64,000 nt of DNA from an uncultured Gemmatimonadales bacterium (GTDB lineage Bacteria > Gemmatimonadota > Gemmatimonadetes > Gemmatimonadales > Gemmatimonadaceae): assembly GCA_963851265.1 (NCBI GenBank), contig CAWKNZ010000002.1, positions 1,216,001-1,280,000 on the forward strand, read 5' to 3'. Below the pieces are notes generated by a model that worked only from the letters and a program-made list of their open reading frames with translations, was not told where the DNA came from and did no database searches. Numbering within the stretch: the stretch's first letter is position 1; every line of letters begins with the position of its first letter. Positions 11,268 to 23,162 of this stretch are shown piece after piece. A program made the translations under genes and the position numbers.

Positions 11268-11720
11268 TTACACGCCCTTCTCCTTCAGCAGCTCCATGAA
11301 CTGACTCGGCTGCGTCAGCTCCAACAGCCGCTGCGGTACGTCGGGCTCCTTGCTGAACTGCGCGATCTTGCCGAGCACCGGTAAGTACTGGTTCGAGACC
11401 TCGAGCGGCGGCGCGACGATGAGGAAGCAGAAGTGCACCGGCTTCTCGTCGATCGCCTTGAAGTCGATCCCGTCCTTCTTGCGCCCGAAGGCCACGCGGA
11501 GCTTGTTGACGACGAGCGATCGGCAGTGCGGGATTGCGATACCGCGGCCGATGCCCGTGGAGCCGAGGTTCTCGCGACGCTTGAGCATCTTGAAGAGCAT
11601 CCCCTCGGACTTATCGTCGAGCTTCAGCAGACTGATGAGTTCCTTGAGGACGTCGTCCTTGCTGGTCGCCTCGAGGTCGAGTCGGACGGCGTCCTCGGAG
11701 AAAAACTCGCGCAGTTCCAT
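11268..11720 (-). CDS. Stand-alone PTS IIA domain protein (fructose/Ntr type)
   Basis: RENLGSTGIGRGIAIPH (phospho-His) and GIDFKAIDEKPVH. Start at ATG 11720. Confidence 0.88.
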   Translation of the reverse strand: MELREFFSEDAVRLDLEATSKDDVLKELISLLKLDDKSEGMLFKMLKRRENLGSTGIGRGIAIPHCRSLVVNKLRVAFGRKKDGIDFKAIDEKPVHFCFLIVAPPLEVSNQYLPVLGKIAQFSKEPDVPQRLLELTQPSQFMELLKEKGV

Positions 11721-11842
11721 GGCACGTACGGGAGGAAGGCCGCGCGAGGCGAGACGTGGTGCTGCAGCGCGGCGGAGCACGCCAAGCTAGGAACGGCCCG
11801 CTCGAGCGGCAAGCGCGGTCCGGGGCGGCTAACTTCCCTCGT

Positions 11843-12908
11843 ATGCCCGCGTTCCCTTTCCCCGTCACCGCCGCGGTCCCGCTCTACCTCGCGCCGATGG
11901 CCGGAGTGTCGGAGTCACCGTTTCGGCGGCTCTGCCGTGCGCACGGCGCCGACGTCGTCGTGACCGAGTTCCTCTCCGCTGAGGGGATCCGGCGGGAGAA
12001 CGAGGCGACGCTCCGAAAGCTGCGCTTCGGACCGGACGAGCGGCCGATCGGCGTGCAGATCTTCGGCGCCGATGCCGGTGGCGATGGCGGACGCAGCCGC
12101 GCTCGTCACCGACGTGTTTCAACCCGAGTTCGTCGACATCAACTTCGGGTGCCCGGTGAAGAAGGTGGTCCGGCGGAACGGCGGGTCCGGGTGCCTCAAG
12201 GACATGGACCTCGTCGCCTCGATCATCCGCGCCGTGGCCGCGGCGACGCACCTCCCGGTGACGGTGAAGACGCGAAGCGGCTGGAGTGAGGACACGCGCG
12301 ACCCCGTGGGTATCGCGCTGCGGATGCAGGACGCTGGGGCGCGCGCGTTCACGTTGCACGCGCGCACGCGGACGCAGATGTACACCGGGCACGCACGCTG
12401 GGAGGAGATCGCGGCCGTGGTCGAGGCGCTCGACGTCCCGGTGATCGGGAACGGCGACATCAAGACCCCGGAAGATGCGCTCCGCATGTTGCAGGTGACC
12501 GGCGCGGCCGGGATCATGATCGGGCGCGGCTCGTACGGGCAGCCGTGGATCTTCGATCAGGCCAAGGACCTGATCGCCGGCCGGGAGATGCGGGCGACGC
12601 CGCCGGTCGAGGAACGGTTCGCGGTCGCGCTCGGGCATGCGCGGATGGTGCGGGCGTACGAAGTCGACCCGGTCGGCGCGGCGCTCGAATTCCGCAAGCA
12701 CCTGGGGTGGTACGTGAAGGGGCTGCCGAACTCGGCCGACCTACGGCGCCGGTTGCACACGGTCAACTCGTTCGACGAAGTCGAGGGGATCTTCGCCGAC
12801 TACCTCGACCGCCGCGCGCGCGGAGAGTTCGCCGACACGCCCGCCGCCGTCGCGGCCGGCGGTGACGACGGGCCCGAGTTCACCGACCCCTGCTGCGCGG
12901 TGGACTGA
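11843..12908 (+). CDS. dusB: tRNA-dihydrouridine synthase DusB; apparent +1 frameshift near 12074
   Basis: LAPMAG...VQIFGAD in one frame continues as PVAMADAA...DINFGCP...KTRSGW...HART...GNGDI in the next frame. Confidence 0.88.
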
Positions 12909-12935
12909 CGCTGGCACCTCCGCCGGTCGCGCGTG

Positions 12936-12941
12936 TATACT
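12936..12941 (+). promoter_or_regulatory. Putative -10 box (TATACT) of ssrA promoter
   Basis: TATACT ends 8 nt before the mature tmRNA 5' end in a very GC-rich background. Confidence 0.55.
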
Positions 12942-12949
12942 GTGGGAAC

Positions 12950-13305
12950 GGGGGTGACTGGCTTCGACGGGGTCGGTAACGCCGTGGTTGCGTGTCCAGG
13001 TGCTGAGCCCTGGTGAAACACTCGGCAAAACACTACACGCCAACAACAACCTGGCGCTCGCTGCCTAACCCTTAGGGGTTAGCGTGGCAGTGCTCACGGA
13101 GTAGCCCGCCCGGGGCGACACGTGAGTAACGCAAATCTGGGCTAGTCCTGCGGTGTGTCGTCTATCGCGGGGCGAAACTCTAGACGACTTGTCTGGGCGT
13201 GGGCGGCCTGCCGGCCAGCGACCAGAGACCTCAATCGGCAGGATACACACGTAGACGCTGCGGTATAGCTCATCTCGGACAGGGGTTCGACTCCCCTCAC
13301 CTCCA
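12950..13305 (+). ncRNA. ssrA: tmRNA, tag peptide (A)ANNNLALAA at 13039-13068
   Basis: 5' GGGGGTGACTGGCTTCGAC and 3' T-arm/acceptor GACAGGGGTTCGACTCCCCTCACCTCCA. Internal tag ORF gcc aac aac aac ctg gcg ctc gct gcc taa. Confidence 0.95.
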
Positions 13306-13312
13306 CTGTCGT

Positions 13313-13352
13313 GACGCGGGCCGGTGTGCATTTCTGCACACCGGCCCGCGTC
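13313..13352. terminator. Perfect 18-bp stem hairpin between convergent ssrA and ppdK
   Basis: GACGCGGGCCGGTGTGCA-TTTC-TGCACACCGGCCCGCGTC. No strong U-tract. Confidence 0.7.
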
Positions 13353-13381
13353 GCGTTCGGCGCGCCGGTCGCCGCTGGCGC

Positions 13382-16354
13382 TCAGGGCACCCGCCGGAGG
13401 CTGGCCGCGCCCGCGCGCTCGCCGCCATCGCGGCTCGCGAGCGCGGCGTGCGCTGCCGCGAGGCGTGCGACCGGCACGCGGTACGGCGAGCACGACACGT
13501 AATCGAGACCGCTGCGGTGGAAGAACTGCACCGACCGCGGCTCGCCGCCGTGCTCTCCGCAGACGCCGACCTTGAGCGTCGGGCGCGTCGCCCGTCCGTC
13601 GTAGATCGCGCGTCGGATGATCTTGCCGACTCCGGCGACATCCAGAACCTGGAAGGGGTCGTCGGGGAGGATACCCTTGGCGACGTACTGAGGCAGAAAC
13701 CGCCCGGCGTCGTCGCGCGACAGGCCGAGCACGGTCTGCGTGAGGTCGTTCGTTCCGAACGAGAAAAACTCGGCGGTCTGCGCGATTTCGTCGGCGGTCA
13801 GCGCGGCGCGCGGCAACTCGATCATCGTTCCGACGAGGAAGGGTACGTGTTCGCCCATCGTGCCCATGACATCGTCGGCGACCTTCCGGACGATCGCATT
13901 CTGGTGCTCAAACTCGCGGGCGGTCGCGACGAGTGGGATCATGATCTCGGGCCGAACGTCCACCCCGCGGCGCGCCGCGCGCACGGCGGCCTCGAAGACC
14001 GCCCGCGCCTGCATCTCGGTGATTTCGGGGTAGGTGATTCCGAGGCGGCAGCCGCGGTGACCGAGCATCGGGTTCGACTCACGCAGGTCGTCGACCGTGC
14101 GGTGCAGCTCGTCGCGCGAGATCCCGAGCGTGCGGGCCAGCATCTTCGTCTCCTCGCCGCCGTGCGGGAGGAACTCGTGCAGCGGCGGGTCGAGGAGGCG
14201 AACGGTGACCGGGTAGCCGTCCATCGCTTCGAAGATGCCTTCGAAGTCCGTTCGCTGCATGGGGAGCAGCTTGGCGAGGGCGCGCCGGCGGCCGCCCTCG
14301 TCGCGGGCGACGATCATCTCGCGCATCGGCGTGATGCGGTCGCCCTCGAAGAACATGTGCTCCGTCCGGCACAGGCCGATCCCCTCGGCGCCGAACGCCC
14401 TCGCGACGCGGGCGTCCTTGGGCGTGTCGGCGTTGGCGCGGACGCGGAGCGTGCGCACCTCGTCGGCCCACGCCAGTAGCTGGCTAAACGCGCGGTACGT
14501 CGGCGAGGATGCCGCGAGGGCCTGGCCGCTCACGACGCGCACGACCTCGCTCGGGACCGTCGGGAGGTCACCGAGGTAGACGTTCCCGCTCGAGCCGTCG
14601 AGCGTGACGAAGTCGCCCTCGTGGACGATGGTCGAGCCGACGGTGAAGCGGCGGCGGTCATCATCGACCGACATCGCGGACGCACCGACGACGGCGCACT
14701 TCCCCATCCCGCGCGCGACCACCGCCGCGTGACTGGTCATCCCGCCACGGGCGGTGAGGATTGCGCGCGCGGCGACCATGCCGTGGAAGTCTTCGGGCGT
14801 GGTCTCCTCGCGCACGAGGATCACCGCCTCGCCCGCGTGCGCCCGACGCTCGGCGCTGTCGGCGTCGAACACTGCCGCGCCGCTCGCCGCGCCGGGGCTG
14901 GCCGGGAGCCCGGTCGCGACCGGGGTCGCGCGTACGGCCGCATCGATCACCGGGTGCAACAGCTGATCGAGCTGCGCGGGCTGCACGCGCGCGACGGCCT
15001 CGGCGCGCGAGATCAGTCCCTCGCGGACCATGTCCTCGGCGATTCGCACCGCCGCGGGCGCGGCGCGCTTTCCGGTCCGCGTTTGCAGGAGGTACAGCTT
15101 CCCGCGCTCGACCGTGAACTCGATGTCCTGCATGTCGCGGAAGTGCGATTCGAGCCGCTGCTGCGTGGCGAGCAGGTCGTCGTAGGCCTTCGGCAGTCGC
15201 TGCGCCATGTCGTCGATGCGGAGCGGCGTGCGGATGCCCGCGACCACGTCCTCGCCCTGCGCGTTGACGAGGAACTCGCCGTAGAACCGCCGCTCGCCCG
15301 TGGACGGGTCGCGCGTGAAGGCGACCCCCGTCCCCGAGTCGTCGCCCATGTTGCCGAAGACCATCGCGACGACGTTGACCGCCGTGCCTAACGAGTCGTC
15401 GATGCCGTTCACGCGCCGGTAGTCGACCGCCTTTTTGAGCGTCCAGGACGTCCACACGGCGCGGATCGCGCCCCACAGCTGCGCCTCGGGGTCGGACGGG
15501 AAGTCCTCGCCGGTGGCCGCGCGCACCAGCGCCTTGTACTCGGCGACGAGCGCGCGGAGCGCGTCGGCCGGCAACTCGGCGTCCGACTCGACCCCCACGC
15601 TCGTCCGCTTGGCCGCGAGCTGCGCCTCGAACCGGTGCTGCGGCACCCCGAGCACGACGTCGGCGTACATCTGGATGAACCGCCGGTACGAATCGAAGGC
15701 GAAGCGCGGATTCGCGCTCTGCCGCGCGAGGCCTTCGACCGCGGCGTCGTTCAGTCCGAGGTTGAGGATGGTCTCCATCATCCCCGGCATCGACACCGGC
15801 GCGCCCGAACGCACGCTCACGAGCAGCGGATCGTCGGCATCGCCGAACCGCTTGCCCGCGTCCTGCTCCAGACGTGCGAGGTGATGCGCGACGGCGTCCC
15901 GGAGATGGTCCGGGACGCCGCCATTCGCGAGGAAGTCGCCGCATGCGCTGCAGGCGATCGTGAATCCCGGGGGGACCGGCACGCCGAGATTCACCATCTC
16001 GGCGAGGTTCGCGCCCTTGCCGCCGAGGACCGCTTTCATGCCGCGCGTGCCGTCGGCGCCGCCCGGGCCAAAGCGGTAGACGAGCCGCGGCGGAGCTGAC
16101 GGCGCGGCCGCCGCAGAGCCGTTCGACGCCGTCCCGGCTTGCCCGTGCGCGTCGGCGGGCTCGCCCGGACGGACCGGGTCCTGCTCGGCCGCATCGATCA
16201 GGGCGTCGGCGGCCTCGTTGGCCGCGTTGTCGCCAACGTCGGCCGAGCTGGTGTCGTCGACCTCGGTGGGCGCGGGGAGGTCGGCCGGCGCCGACTCGAT
16301 GAGCGGGTCGCCGGCCAGGGCGGGAGGAAGCGCGGTTTCTGCGTCAGACGTCAT
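13382..16354 (-). CDS. ppdK: Pyruvate phosphate dikinase with long N-terminal extension
   Basis: LGGKGANLAEM, LLVSVRSGA, GGMTSHAAVVAR (phospho-His), GIGLCRTEHMF, FSFGTNDLTQ, GVCGEHGG. Confidence 0.96.
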   Translation of the reverse strand: MTSDAETALPPALAGDPLIESAPADLPAPTEVDDTSSADVGDNAANEAADALIDAAEQDPVRPGEPADAHGQAGTASNGSAAAAPSAPPRLVYRFGPGGADGTRGMKAVLGGKGANLAEMVNLGVPVPPGFTIACSACGDFLANGGVPDHLRDAVAHHLARLEQDAGKRFGDADDPLLVSVRSGAPVSMPGMMETILNLGLNDAAVEGLARQSANPRFAFDSYRRFIQMYADVVLGVPQHRFEAQLAAKRTSVGVESDAELPADALRALVAEYKALVRAATGEDFPSDPEAQLWGAIRAVWTSWTLKKAVDYRRVNGIDDSLGTAVNVVAMVFGNMGDDSGTGVAFTRDPSTGERRFYGEFLVNAQGEDVVAGIRTPLRIDDMAQRLPKAYDDLLATQQRLESHFRDMQDIEFTVERGKLYLLQTRTGKRAAPAAVRIAEDMVREGLISRAEAVARVQPAQLDQLLHPVIDAAVRATPVATGLPASPGAASGAAVFDADSAERRAHAGEAVILVREETTPEDFHGMVAARAILTARGGMTSHAAVVARGMGKCAVVGASAMSVDDDRRRFTVGSTIVHEGDFVTLDGSSGNVYLGDLPTVPSEVVRVVSGQALAASSPTYRAFSQLLAWADEVRTLRVRANADTPKDARVARAFGAEGIGLCRTEHMFFEGDRITPMREMIVARDEGGRRRALAKLLPMQRTDFEGIFEAMDGYPVTVRLLDPPLHEFLPHGGEETKMLARTLGISRDELHRTVDDLRESNPMLGHRGCRLGITYPEITEMQARAVFEAAVRAARRGVDVRPEIMIPLVATAREFEHQNAIVRKVADDVMGTMGEHVPFLVGTMIELPRAALTADEIAQTAEFFSFGTNDLTQTVLGLSRDDAGRFLPQYVAKGILPDDPFQVLDVAGVGKIIRRAIYDGRATRPTLKVGVCGEHGGEPRSVQFFHRSGLDYVSCSPYRVPVARLAAAHAALASRDGGERAGAASLRRVP

Positions 16355-16408
16355 GAGGGACGGTCGTTCGGCACACCGCGCAGCGGACGCAGCGCTAGGG
16401 GCGGGTGC

Positions 16409-17794
<1,386 letters not shown>

Positions 17795-17853
17795 GACGGG
17801 ACAGCTCGCGAAGGCTCGAGGGGGTGCCGATCAGGACGTGCCGATCGTGCAGA

Positions 17854-20154
17854 TCAGGATGCCGCGGCGCCGGACATGGCGGCGGGGATCGTATCGTGAT
17901 ACCCGCGCGCGAGCGCGTCGGTCGGTGCCGACCAGATCGCGTCGCCGACGCGTACGCGGAATCCGGCGTCGGCCCCGGTGACGCGGCCGATGACAGCCGC
18001 CGGAACACCGTGCTCGGCCGCGTGGCGAAGAACCTCGTCGGCCGCCTGGGTCGACACGATCACGCGCCCGTGCGCCTCGCCGTACAGGAGCGCACGGATC
18101 GGCAGGTGCGACCACGCCGTCAGGTCGATGTCGACGCCTGTTCGCACGTCGGGGTCGGCCATCGTGCATTCGGCCAGCGCCACGGCGAGGCCGCCGTCGC
18201 TCGTATCGTGGGCCGACCTCACGACGCCGGCGCGGATCGCGGCGAGCAGCGCGTCGATGAGCCGTCGCTCCCCATCGAGGTCGACGCGCGGCGGCGCGCC
18301 CGCGACGCGGCCGTGGACCCGCGCGAGGTACTCGCTGCCACCGAGCGCGTCGGTGTTGTCGCCGAGCAGGACGACGGCGTCGGCGGACGCGCCCTCGGTC
18401 GGCGCGCGGAACGCGGCACGCGTGACGTGGGCGAGCGAGTCGATCAGTCCCACCATGCCGACGACGGGCGTGGGGTAGATCGCGCCCGTCGGGTTCTCGT
18501 TGTACAGCGACACGTTGCCGCCCGTGACCGGCGTGCCTAACACACGGCACGCCTCGCCCATCCCGCCCACCGCCTCGCGGAGCTGGTGATAAACGTCGGG
18601 GCGGGTGGGATTCCCGAAATTGAGATTGTTCGTGATCGCGAGCGGGCGCGCGCCGGTGCACGCGACGTTCCGCGCGGCTTCGGCGACGGCTCCCTTTGCA
18701 CCCTCGCGCGGGTCGAGGTAGCAGTGCCGACCGTTGCAGTCGGTTTTCACGGCGACGGCGCGGTCGGTTCCGCGGAGCCGCACCACGGCGGCGTCGCCTC
18801 CCGGCCCGATGACCGTGTTGGTGCGGACCATCGTGTCGTACTGACGGTAGACCCACCGCTTGCTCGCGATGGTCGGGCTCGCGAGCAGTTCGCCGAGCGC
18901 CCAGAGCGGGTCCGCTTCCTCGGCGCGTTCGGGAATCCCGGACACATCGGTCGTGCGGAGCGCCCGGACGACTTCGGACTCCGCCGCCTCCGGCGTGTAC
19001 ATCGGGCAGTCGGTGACGAGGCGCGTGCCGGGGAACTCGGCGACGATGCGCTCGCCCTCTGTCACCCGGTACACCGGCTCGGCGATCACCTCGCCGATCA
19101 CCGCCGCCGTCAGATCCCACTTTTCGAGCACCGCGCGCACGGCGTCCTCGCGCCCGCGTTTCGCGACGACGAGCATCCGCTCCTGCGACTCGCTGAGGAG
19201 GATCTCGTAGGGCGTCATGTTCGGCTCGCGTACCGGCACCTTCGTCACGTCGATCGTGACGCCCACATCTCCACGCTCGGCCATCTCGGCACTCGACGAG
19301 GTCAGGCCGGCCGCGCCCATATCCTGGATGGCGACGATGTCGCCCGAGGCGATCAGTTCGAGCGATGCCTCCAAGAGCAGCTTCTCGGTGAACGGATCCC
19401 CAACCTGAACGCGCGGCCGCTTGGCCTCGGTTGCGGCCGAAAGGTCTTCGGACGCGAACGACGCGCCGTGGATCCCGTCGCGCCCTGTGCGCGCGCCGAC
19501 GGCGAGGATGGGATTGCCGACGCCCTGCGCGACCGCGCGAATGAGTTCGTCCTCGCGAAGCAGGCCGACGCACATCGCGTTGACGAGCGGGTTGCCCTCG
19601 TACGCGGCGTCGAACGCGACCTCGCCCGCCACCGTCGGCACGCCGACGCAGTTCCCGTAGTCGCCGATGCCCTTCACGACGCCTGCGAACAGGTGTCGCA
19701 CGCGTGGCGAGTCGAGCGACCCGAAACGCAGGGAGTTGAGCATCGCGACGGGGCGCGCGCCCATGGTGAACACGTCGCGCAGGATACCGCCGACGCCGGT
19801 CGCCGCGCCCTGGTACGGCTCCACGGCGGACGGGTGGTTGTGCGACTCGATCTTGAACGCGACGGCGAGCCCGTCGCCGACGGCGATGACGCCCGCGTTC
19901 TCGCCCGGCCCCTGCAGCACCCAGGGCGCCTGTGTCGGCAGCGTGCGGAGGAGCGGGCGCGAATGCTTGTACGAGCAGTGCTCGCTCCACAACGCGCTCA
20001 CGACGCCGAGCTCGGTGTAGGTCGGGGTGCGACCGAGCATCGCGAGCAGGCGCTCGTACTCGAACGGCGTGATGCCGTGTTCTGCGACCAGGTCCGGGGT
20101 GATCTCGGGGTCTCCCGGGCGGGGCAGCACGGCGGCGGGAGCGGTGGGCGTCAC
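17854..20154 (-). CDS. purL: FGAM synthase subunit PurL (small form)
   Basis: [38 protein letters not shown]. Confidence 0.97.
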   Translation of the reverse strand: MTPTAPAAVLPRPGDPEITPDLVAEHGITPFEYERLLAMLGRTPTYTELGVVSALWSEHCSYKHSRPLLRTLPTQAPWVLQGPGENAGVIAVGDGLAVAFKIESHNHPSAVEPYQGAATGVGGILRDVFTMGARPVAMLNSLRFGSLDSPRVRHLFAGVVKGIGDYGNCVGVPTVAGEVAFDAAYEGNPLVNAMCVGLLREDELIRAVAQGVGNPILAVGARTGRDGIHGASFASEDLSAATEAKRPRVQVGDPFTEKLLLEASLELIASGDIVAIQDMGAAGLTSSSAEMAERGDVGVTIDVTKVPVREPNMTPYEILLSESQERMLVVAKRGREDAVRAVLEKWDLTAAVIGEVIAEPVYRVTEGERIVAEFPGTRLVTDCPMYTPEAAESEVVRALRTTDVSGIPERAEEADPLWALGELLASPTIASKRWVYRQYDTMVRTNTVIGPGGDAAVVRLRGTDRAVAVKTDCNGRHCYLDPREGAKGAVAEAARNVACTGARPLAITNNLNFGNPTRPDVYHQLREAVGGMGEACRVLGTPVTGGNVSLYNENPTGAIYPTPVVGMVGLIDSLAHVTRAAFRAPTEGASADAVVLLGDNTDALGGSEYLARVHGRVAGAPPRVDLDGERRLIDALLAAIRAGVVRSAHDTSDGGLAVALAECTMADPDVRTGVDIDLTAWSHLPIRALLYGEAHGRVIVSTQAADEVLRHAAEHGVPAAVIGRVTGADAGFRVRVGDAIWSAPTDALARGYHDTIPAAMSGAAAS

Positions 20155-20164
20155 GGCCGTAGCC

Positions 20165-20467
20165 TCAGCGCGGGAGACCGAACAGCGAGTTGATGTAGCG
20201 CTTGACCTCGCTCTCCTCGACGTGCTCGAGCAGCTCGAGCTCGCCGCGGTTGAGCCATGTCCCCCCGCAGTCGGGGCAGAGGTCGATCGTCACCCCGTGG
20301 TGCGAGCGCGGCGCGAGGTGGCCGCCGCAGTTGGGACAGCGCATGACGTGCGACTCGCGCTCGCGTCGCTCGCGCTCCTCGTCGAGCTTGCGCCGGCGTT
20401 CGGCGAGCAGCTCGGCGTTCTCGCGCGCGAAGTAGACGCCCTCGTTGCGGCGCAGCGGGTCGCTCAT
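20165..20467 (-). CDS. Small zinc-ribbon protein (zf-TFIIB-like) with N-terminal charged helix
   Basis: MRCPNC...[17 protein letters not shown]. Lies between purQ and purL. Confidence 0.8.
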   Translation of the reverse strand: MSDPLRRNEGVYFARENAELLAERRRKLDEERERRERESHVMRCPNCGGHLAPRSHHGVTIDLCPDCGGTWLNRGELELLEHVEESEVKRYINSLFGLPR

Positions 20468-20506
20468 GTGCGGTGGTGGTGCAAGAGTGGAGGTGTCGAA
20501 AGGTGG

Positions 20507-21199
20507 TTACGCCGCGACCGTGGCGAGCAGCGACTCGAACAGGCGCAGGCCGTGATCGCCGCCCACGAGCGGGTCGACCGCGCGCTCGGGGTGCGGCATC
20601 ATGCCGAGCACGTTGCGCCGTTCCGAAAGGATGCCGGCGATGTGGCGCATCGAACCGTTCGGGTTGCCCTCGTCGCCGGGGGCGCCGCGCTCGTCCACGT
20701 AGCGGAACGCGACGAGTCCGTCGCCTTCAAGGCGGTCGAGCGTTTCGGGGTCGGCGACGTATCGGCCGTCGCCGTGTGCGATGGGAATGCGCAGCAGCTC
20801 GCCGGAGGCGTAGGCGCCCGTGAACGGCGACGCGGTGCTCTCTACGCGGAGGGTGCGCCACTCGCACACATACCTGAGCGACGCGTTACGCAGCAGCGCG
20901 CCCGGCAGGAGGCCCGCCTCGCAGGCGATCTGAAATCCGTTGCAGATCGCGAGCACCGGCGCGCCGCGCTTCGCGTGCTCGGCTACGGCGGTCATCACGG
21001 GGCTGAAGCGCGCGATCGCGCCGCACCGCAGGTAGTCGCCGTAGCTGAACCCGCCCGGGAGCACGACGACGTCCGCGCCGCCGAGCGAGGTCGCCTTGTG
21101 CCACACGTACTCCGCGCGCTCGCCGAGGCCGTCGACGACCGCGTGGTAGGCGTCGTAGTCGCAGTTGGAGCCGGGGAAGGTGACGATGCCGACGCGCAT
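20507..21199 (-). CDS. purQ: FGAM synthase glutaminase subunit PurQ
   Basis: [36 protein letters not shown]. Confidence 0.97.
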   Translation of the reverse strand: MRVGIVTFPGSNCDYDAYHAVVDGLGERAEYVWHKATSLGGADVVVLPGGFSYGDYLRCGAIARFSPVMTAVAEHAKRGAPVLAICNGFQIACEAGLLPGALLRNASLRYVCEWRTLRVESTASPFTGAYASGELLRIPIAHGDGRYVADPETLDRLEGDGLVAFRYVDERGAPGDEGNPNGSMRHIAGILSERRNVLGMMPHPERAVDPLVGGDHGLRLFESLLATVAA

Positions 21200-21209
21200 G
21201 CGGCCTCCG

Positions 21210-21503
21210 TTAGACCGCGGCCTGCGCCGCGACGTGCTCGACGACGTAGTCCTCGGTCACCGGATTGGCGAGCAGGCGCTCGCACGCGGCGACGGCCTGG
21301 TCGCGAGCGGCCTGCTCGTCGGCGGCCGCGAGGTCGAGGACGACGTGACGGCCGACGCGGACGTCGGCGACGTCACGGAAGCCGAGCGCGTGCAGCGCGT
21401 CGGACACGGCCTTTCCCTGCGGGTCGAGGAGCCCGCGACGGGGCACCACGCGGATGTCGATGCGATAGGTCTGCACGGAGTGATTCGGGGCCGGGGCGAT
21501 CAC
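21210..21503 (-). CDS. purS: FGAM synthase subunit PurS
   Basis: LDPQGKAV and [10 protein letters not shown]. Start 21503 (GTGA overlap) or 21476. Confidence 0.93.
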   Translation of the reverse strand: MIAPAPNHSVQTYRIDIRVVPRRGLLDPQGKAVSDALHALGFRDVADVRVGRHVVLDLAAADEQAARDQAVAACERLLANPVTEDYVVEHVAAQAAV

Positions 21504-22444
21504 GGTTGGACGGGCGTCGCGGACGCAGGACCGTCGTCCGCGCCGCTACGGCGCGCCCGCCCGAAGCGGCGACGCGCGCGGTCGCGCTCAAGCGGGTGCG
21601 AACCGTACGCCTCGAGCGGGTCGACGTAGTCGTCCCTCCGGCGCCGCGGCGCGACGTCGGTGAGCGGAAGATCGAAGAGGCCCAGCACGAGTGCACGAGC
21701 GAGCCCGTACACGAGATAGCTGATCCCGAACAGGAACAGGAAGTAGCGCGGGAACCCGATCGTCCCGACGATGATCGCGAGGATCAACAGCAATGCGCCG
21801 ACCTGGCGCGGCGAACGCACCCCCGGCCGCGGCCAGGCCGGGTACGGCACGTTGCTGATCATCATCGCCGCGAGGAGAACCATCAGGATCGGCATGATCT
21901 CCTGCCACGGCAGGTCGACGATGCGCGTCTGCTTGTAGAGCGGCGTCTGCGTGAACCAGTAGTACGTCGCGAGCGTCCCGCCGGCCGCAGGGCTCGGCAG
22001 GCCGACGAAGAACCGCTTCGACCCCCCAGCCTGGGTGACGTTGAAGCGCGCGAGCCGCATCACGGCGCACGCCGTGAAAAAAAACACCGGGAAGCGCGCC
22101 CACCCCTCGCGCGGGAGAACGCTGAAATACACGATCAGCGCGGGCGCGAGCCCGAACGAAACGGCATCGACGAGCGAGTCGAGCTCCTCGCCGAACCGGC
22201 CGCCCGTACGGGTCGCACGCGCAACGGCACCGTCGAACGCGTCGCAGACGCCGCCGAGTACGATGAAGAGCACCGCGTTCGAGAAATCGCCGTTCGCCGC
22301 GGCGATGATCGAGAAGATGCCGAAGAGCAGGTTGCCGAGCGTGAGTCCGTTCGGCAGCGCGGGCGCGGCGCGGCGGAGCCGGCGCCGCCGGGCACTCGGC
22401 GGCAGTCGGTCGTCGAGGTCCGTGTCGACGTTCGCGTCGCGCAT
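21500..22444 (-). CDS. pssA: CDP-diacylglycerol-serine O-phosphatidyltransferase
   Basis: PNGLTLGN, DAFDGAVAR...FGEELDSLVD (CDP-alcohol motif), RLARFN, FVGLPSP. Adjacent to psd. Confidence 0.9.
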   Translation of the reverse strand: MRDANVDTDLDDRLPPSARRRRLRRAAPALPNGLTLGNLLFGIFSIIAAANGDFSNAVLFIVLGGVCDAFDGAVARATRTGGRFGEELDSLVDAVSFGLAPALIVYFSVLPREGWARFPVFFFTACAVMRLARFNVTQAGGSKRFFVGLPSPAAGGTLATYYWFTQTPLYKQTRIVDLPWQEIMPILMVLLAAMMISNVPYPAWPRPGVRSPRQVGALLLILAIIVGTIGFPRYFLFLFGISYLVYGLARALVLGLFDLPLTDVAPRRRRDDYVDPLEAYGSHPLERDRARRRFGRARRSGADDGPASATPVQP

Positions 22445-22467
22445 CGCCCGATCCGACCGCGCGCGCC

Positions 22468-23133
22468 TCAGGCGCGCAACTCGGCGATGACCGTCGCGCC
22501 CGCGGCAGTCTGCTCGCCGAGGGCCACGCGGAGTTCCGCGTCGGGCGGCACGAACACGTCGACGCGCGAGCCGAAGCGGATCAGTCCCATGCGATCGCCC
22601 TGGTGCACCTGCTCGCCGTCGCGGCTGTACGTGATGATGCGCCGCGCGATCAGGCCGGCGATCTGGCGCACGAGCACCCGTCCATTCGGCGCGTCGATCC
22701 CGACCGACATCTGCTCGTTCTCCGCGCTCGACTCGGGAGTGACCGCGTTGCGGAACTTGCCTTTCGCGTACCGGACGTGCCGCACGGTGCCGCTCACCGG
22801 GTAGCGGTTGACGTGCACCGAGAACACGTTCATGAAGATCGAGACGCGCCGGGCGCGCCCCCCGATGAACGATGGCTCGTCGACGTCGGTGATCAGCACG
22901 ACCTTGCCGTCGGCCGGCGCGACGACGAGGCGTTCGCCCCGATCGCCCGCGCGCTCGGGATCGCGGAAGAAGTAGGCCACCCACCCCGCGATCAGCACCG
23001 CGACCAGCGCGACGGTCCAGCGTCCGGGGCCGCCGAAGCCGATTCCGCCCGCGCCCGCCGCCCAGAGTACGAGCGCGAGCGCGACGAACGCGCTGATGGC
23101 GATGAACGGGCGACCCTCGCGGGCAAAACTCAC
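22468..23133 (-). CDS. psd: Phosphatidylserine decarboxylase proenzyme
   Basis: FFRDP, APADG, SIFMNVFSVHVNR, QIAGLIARRI, FGSRVD self-cleavage motif. Confidence 0.92.
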   Translation of the reverse strand: MSFAREGRPFIAISAFVALALVLWAAGAGGIGFGGPGRWTVALVAVLIAGWVAYFFRDPERAGDRGERLVVAPADGKVVLITDVDEPSFIGGRARRVSIFMNVFSVHVNRYPVSGTVRHVRYAKGKFRNAVTPESSAENEQMSVGIDAPNGRVLVRQIAGLIARRIITYSRDGEQVHQGDRMGLIRFGSRVDVFVPPDAELRVALGEQTAAGATVIAELRA

Positions 23134-23162
23134 GGCGCGGCTGATCCTCGGCGGGCCGGCGG

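Noticed and set aside
12912..12930. TGGCAC, a possible sigma54 -24 element upstream of ssrA
   Set aside because: No TTGC -12 element at the required spacing.
13065..13493. ORFs overlapping the tmRNA
   Set aside because: The region is explained by ssrA and its downstream hairpin.
20027..22804. 925-aa plus-strand ORF and many other long shadow ORFs (e.g. 28063-30555, 16139-17899, 25819-27720, 60039-61868)
   Set aside because: They lie antisense or off-frame to well-supported genes, are Arg/Ala-rich without motifs, and are expected from stop-codon scarcity at high GC.
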